Notes under the pieces: model-generated
What the model was told of the DNA's origin: nothing
The model's input: only the letters and a program-made list of their open reading frames with translations
The model's database searches: none
Made by a program: the position numbers and the translations under genes
Origin: Candidatus Diapherotrites archaeon CG08_land_8_20_14_0_20_30_16
GTDB taxonomy: Archaea; Iainarchaeota; Iainarchaeia; Iainarchaeales; 0-14-0-20-30-16
Direction: 5' to 3'
Length of the DNA stretch: 7,547 nt
Assembly: GCA_002779075.1 (NCBI GenBank)
Contig: PEXK01000025.1
Location: forward strand, 1-7,547
Part shown: positions 5,966-7,547 of the stretch, one piece after another
How positions within the stretch are numbered: the stretch's first letter is position 1
Layout of the letters: each line of letters starts with the position of its first letter

Positions 5966-5975
5966 AAATATCACT
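5963..5975 (-). repeat. Copy 1 of a 13-nt direct repeat AGTGATATTTATG (SD-like element plus start codon of the orphan gene)
   Basis: Plus-strand 'cataaatatcact' at 5963-5975 is identical to 6038-6050. Confidence 0.6.
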
Positions 5976-5983
5976 TCAATTAT

Positions 5984-6040
5984 TTATGGAAAGTGTTGTA
6001 TAATTTCTATCATCTTAGAAGAAATTATTAACTGAGTCAT
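5984..6040 (-). CDS. Candidate 18-codon upstream ORF / leader peptide
   Basis: The minus strand reads AGTGATATTTATG ACT CAG TTA ATA ATT TCT TCT AAG ATG ATA GAA ATT ATA CAA CAC TTT CCA TAA, giving MTQLIISSKMIEIIQHFP*. It uses the second copy of the same SD-plus-ATG cassette and ends 18 nt before the orphan gene's ATG. It is too short to call on sequence alone. Confidence 0.2.
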   Translation of the reverse strand: MTQLIISSKMIEIIQHFP

Positions 6041-6050
6041 AAATATCACT
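6038..6050 (-). repeat. Copy 2 of the 13-nt direct repeat AGTGATATTTATG
   Basis: Identical to 5963-5975, 75 nt away in the same orientation. Confidence 0.6.
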
Positions 6051-6101
6051 AAATAAATGTACATAGAATACATTTATATTATTATTTTTTATATTTCTTC
6101 A

Positions 6102-6350
6102 ATGCAAAACAAGACAAATCAAGTTTTAAAGCTTTTATTAAAGATTCCAAAAGGCAAAATAACACCTATGGTATTATAGCAAAAAAAAATGAATATAAGC
6201 CCAGGCAAGTAGGAAAAATATTGAAAGAAAATAAGATTACAGATATACTTGCTATAAAGCAATAAAAAACAATGCGAATTAGGAGGCTATAATAGAGAAT
6301 TAAAGAAGAAAATAGAGCATTTAAAAAAAGGGGATTAAACATAAGAAATA
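6102..6350 (+). pseudogene. Degraded MGMT / alkyltransferase-like (O6-methylguanine-DNA methyltransferase DNA-binding domain) gene with multiple frameshifts
   Basis: Homology can be followed only by hopping frames. Frame 0 from ATG 6102 gives 'MQNKTNQVLKLLLKIPKGKITPMVL*'. Frame 2 from 6164 gives 'TYGIIAKKNEYKPRQVGKILKENKITDILAIKQ*'. Frame 1 from 6250 gives 'CYKAIKNNAN*'. Frame 0 from 6279 gives 'LGGYNRELKKKIEHLKKGD*'. Joined, these mimic the MGMT C-terminal domain consensus: (K)IP-G-(K)-T-TYG-IA...PR-VG-L-N...PCHRV...G-LGGY...K..LL..EG. There are at least three frame changes, one next to an A9 run (6180-6189). Confidence 0.55.
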
Positions 6351-6445
6351 ATAAAAATATTAACTTTATGCTGTATTTATGGTATTATTAATTATAGATT
6401 TATATATTATAGTTTTCTTATATATTAAAAGAAAAAGGTGGTTTT

Positions 6446-7051
6446 ATGAAATTTTTTTATATCCATATAGTTGTTATAGTTTTGATTGTTGTTGCTTGTG
6501 TTGCAATTTTGTTAACTTATAATAGGCAACACACAATTGATTTGAACTATAATGTTAAGCTAGCAGATTATAATGATAAAATTACTGTTGATTATGAGTT
6601 AACAGTTGATGGAAATATTTTAGACACTTCTTTTGACAAAAACAATCCTTTGACTTTTGTTATTGGTGAAGGCAAAGTAATTAAAGGCTTTGAAAAAGGA
6701 GTCTTGGGTACAACAGAAGGACAAGAAAAAATATTTATTGTAAATCCAGAAGAAGGATATGGCATAGTAGACGATTATCCCTATAAATTTCAAGAGGACC
6801 TCAATAAAGTGTTGGTTGCAGTAAAAGAGCAAACAGGCAAAGATGTAAATGCAAAGGATATTCAAGGCGGAGTGTTTTACAATATGTATGGTCAGAAATG
6901 TATTTTTCAAAGCTATGACATAAACAAGAACATACAAAACATAAATTGCCAGCACAGATTGGCAGGTAAAACTCTTCAATTTAAAGTGAAGGTTTTGAAA
7001 ATAGAAAAGTTAGGGGAATACGGCACAGAACCAGAAGATAAGAATAAGTGA
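6446..7051 (+). CDS. FKBP-type peptidyl-prolyl cis-trans isomerase, SlyD-like with insert-in-flap region and an N-terminal membrane anchor
   Basis: It has an N-terminal hydrophobic helix, 'FFYIHIVVIVLIVVACVAILL'. The FKBP core is 'ITVDYELTVDGNILDTSFDKNNPLTFVIGEGKVIKGFEKGVLGTTEGQEKIFIVNPEEGYG'. An insert of about 60 aa follows, then 'HRLAGKTLQFKVKVLKIEK', the HxLAGK-xL-F closing strand typical of SlyD and archaeal short FKBPs. AGGTGG (6436-6441) lies 4 nt before the ATG. Confidence 0.85.
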   Translation: MKFFYIHIVVIVLIVVACVAILLTYNRQHTIDLNYNVKLADYNDKITVDYELTVDGNILDTSFDKNNPLTFVIGEGKVIKGFEKGVLGTTEGQEKIFIVNPEEGYGIVDDYPYKFQEDLNKVLVAVKEQTGKDVNAKDIQGGVFYNMYGQKCIFQSYDINKNIQNINCQHRLAGKTLQFKVKVLKIEKLGEYGTEPEDKNK

Positions 7052-7057
7052 TATGGT

Positions 7058-7411
7058 ATGTCAGAGAAGTCAATGCCTATAATTAGAAATAAAGAAGATC
7101 TTACTTTATTAAACAAAATTAAAAGTATTATTCACAAAGCACGATATGTTGCTTTTAATGCTGTAAATACAGAAATGCTTAAAGCATATTATGAGATTGG
7201 AAAAAGGATAGTTGAAGAAGAACAAAAAGGTAAAAAACGAGCAGAATATGGCAAAAAACTTCTTGAGACACTTTCAGTTGAACTTATAATGGAATTTGGG
7301 AGTGGTTTTAGTGTTACTATCCTTAAAAATATGAGGTTTTTTTATCAAATCTATAAAGATAGAATAAGTCAGTCAGCGACTGACTGTTATACCGTTTCAT
7401 TAAGAAATTAG
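7058..7411 (+). CDS. DUF1016/YhcG-family protein, N-terminal domain only (PD-(D/E)XK nuclease domain missing)
   Basis: 'ARYVAFNAVNTEMLKAYYEIGKRIVEEEQKGKKRAEYGKKLLETLSVELIMEFGSGFSVTILKNMRFFYQIYKD' matches the conserved N-terminal helical domain of YhcG-like proteins (N..l...Yw.iG..I...q....rAeYG..ll..Ls..L...fG.Gfs..nL..Mr.FY..Y). Full-length members are, from memory, about 340-370 aa. This ORF stops at 117 aa (TAG 7409-7411), before the expected 'SWSH' block. GTGAT (7048-7052) lies 5 nt before the ATG, which is 6 nt after the FKBP stop. Confidence 0.75.
   Translation: MSEKSMPIIRNKEDLTLLNKIKSIIHKARYVAFNAVNTEMLKAYYEIGKRIVEEEQKGKKRAEYGKKLLETLSVELIMEFGSGFSVTILKNMRFFYQIYKDRISQSATDCYTVSLRN
7370..7386. 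repeat. GC-rich perfect hairpin CAGTCAG-cga-CTGACTG at the point where DUF1016 homology ends
   Basis: It has a 7-bp stem (7370-7376 / 7380-7386) and a 3-nt loop. It is embedded in AGTCAGTCAG..ACTGACTG, i.e. tandem AGTC units facing tandem GACT units. It stands out in DNA that is otherwise about 30% GC. Confidence 0.4.
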
Positions 7412-7451
7412 AAAAAAATATCAAGGTTAAATAATAATAAGTGATATAATT

Positions 7452-7547
7452 ATGTCTCCTGTGAAACCTCCAAGACCTCCTGAAAAACTAAAACTACTCA
7501 AACCCAAATTTAAAATAGAACATCGAGTATTATTGCCTCAAGAATTA
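7452..7547 (+). CDS. 5' end of an unidentified ORF running off the right edge
   Basis: The ATG at 7452 has GTGAT (7441-7445) 6 nt upstream. It is open for all 32 remaining codons: MSPVKPPRPPEKLKLLKPKFKIEHRVLLPQEL... The N-terminus is proline- and lysine-rich. I recognise no family. Confidence 0.35.
   Translation, partial: MSPVKPPRPPEKLKLLKPKFKIEHRVLLPQEL

Noticed and set aside
6055-6075. Inverted repeat AAATGTA-n7-TACATTT containing the 8-bp palindrome ATGTACAT, between the uORF and the MGMT relic; a possible operator
   Set aside because: It is short and almost entirely A/T, and such palindromes arise readily by chance in this composition. It has no second copy and no adjacent regulator gene. 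It is worth revisiting only if conserved in relatives.
6167-6388. 11-nt direct repeat TATGGTATTAT at 6167-6177 and 6378-6388
   Set aside because: It is a single pair of short AT-rich words in a decayed region, which is not distinguishable from chance. It does not flank any recognisable unit.
6620-6979. 119-aa minus-strand ORF inside the FKBP gene
   Set aside because: It is antisense to a clearly recognisable FKBP domain and has an aromatic/Ile/Leu-rich junk composition.
1-7547. Alternative genetic code (TGA or TAA reassignment), as seen in some candidate phyla and phages
   Set aside because: TAA, TAG and TGA each terminate at least one ORF at the position expected from homologue length: TGA for the CooS-like gene, rpiB and FKBP; TAA for hisS, rpe and DJ-1. 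No conserved protein needs an in-frame stop to be read. The single in-frame TAA in the orphan gene is better explained locally.

Overview
AT-rich (about 30% GC by eye), very compact prokaryotic window. All three standard stop codons are used as stops. I support ten protein-coding genes plus one partial ORF at the right edge.

Genes, left to right:
- an FkbM-type methyltransferase, possibly 5'-partial
- a shortened CooS-type Ni,Fe-CO dehydrogenase homologue, translationally coupled to a DJ-1/PfpI protein
- an archaeal/eukaryal-type histidyl-tRNA synthetase (minus strand)
- an abutting rpiB-rpe pentose-phosphate pair
- a 47-codon two-helix membrane peptide missing from the ORF track
- a 160-aa orphan protein (minus strand)
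- a membrane-anchored SlyD-like FKBP isomerase
- an N-terminal-only fragment of a DUF1016/YhcG nuclease

I saw no tRNA, rRNA, CRISPR array or recognisable transposase.

Lineage guess (inference): a small-genome archaeon, DPANN-like. The grounds are the HisRS type, TATA-like boxes about 25 nt upstream of two start codons with no Shine-Dalgarno (SD) element, oligo-T tracts after stops, and 0-6 nt intergenic gaps.

The best candidate for new biology is the 512-aa 'mini' CooS. It appears to keep every B-, D- and C-cluster ligand, yet it sits with a DJ-1 partner and no canonical CODH accessory genes.

The right-hand 2.2 kb (5372-7547) looks like a decaying accessory patch. It holds an orphan gene with an in-frame TAA followed by 36 open codons, a duplicated initiation cassette with an 18-codon upstream ORF, a multiply frameshifted MGMT-family pseudogene, and the truncated DUF1016 gene, whose break coincides with a GC-rich hairpin.

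All homology calls come from motif recognition by eye. No searches were run.
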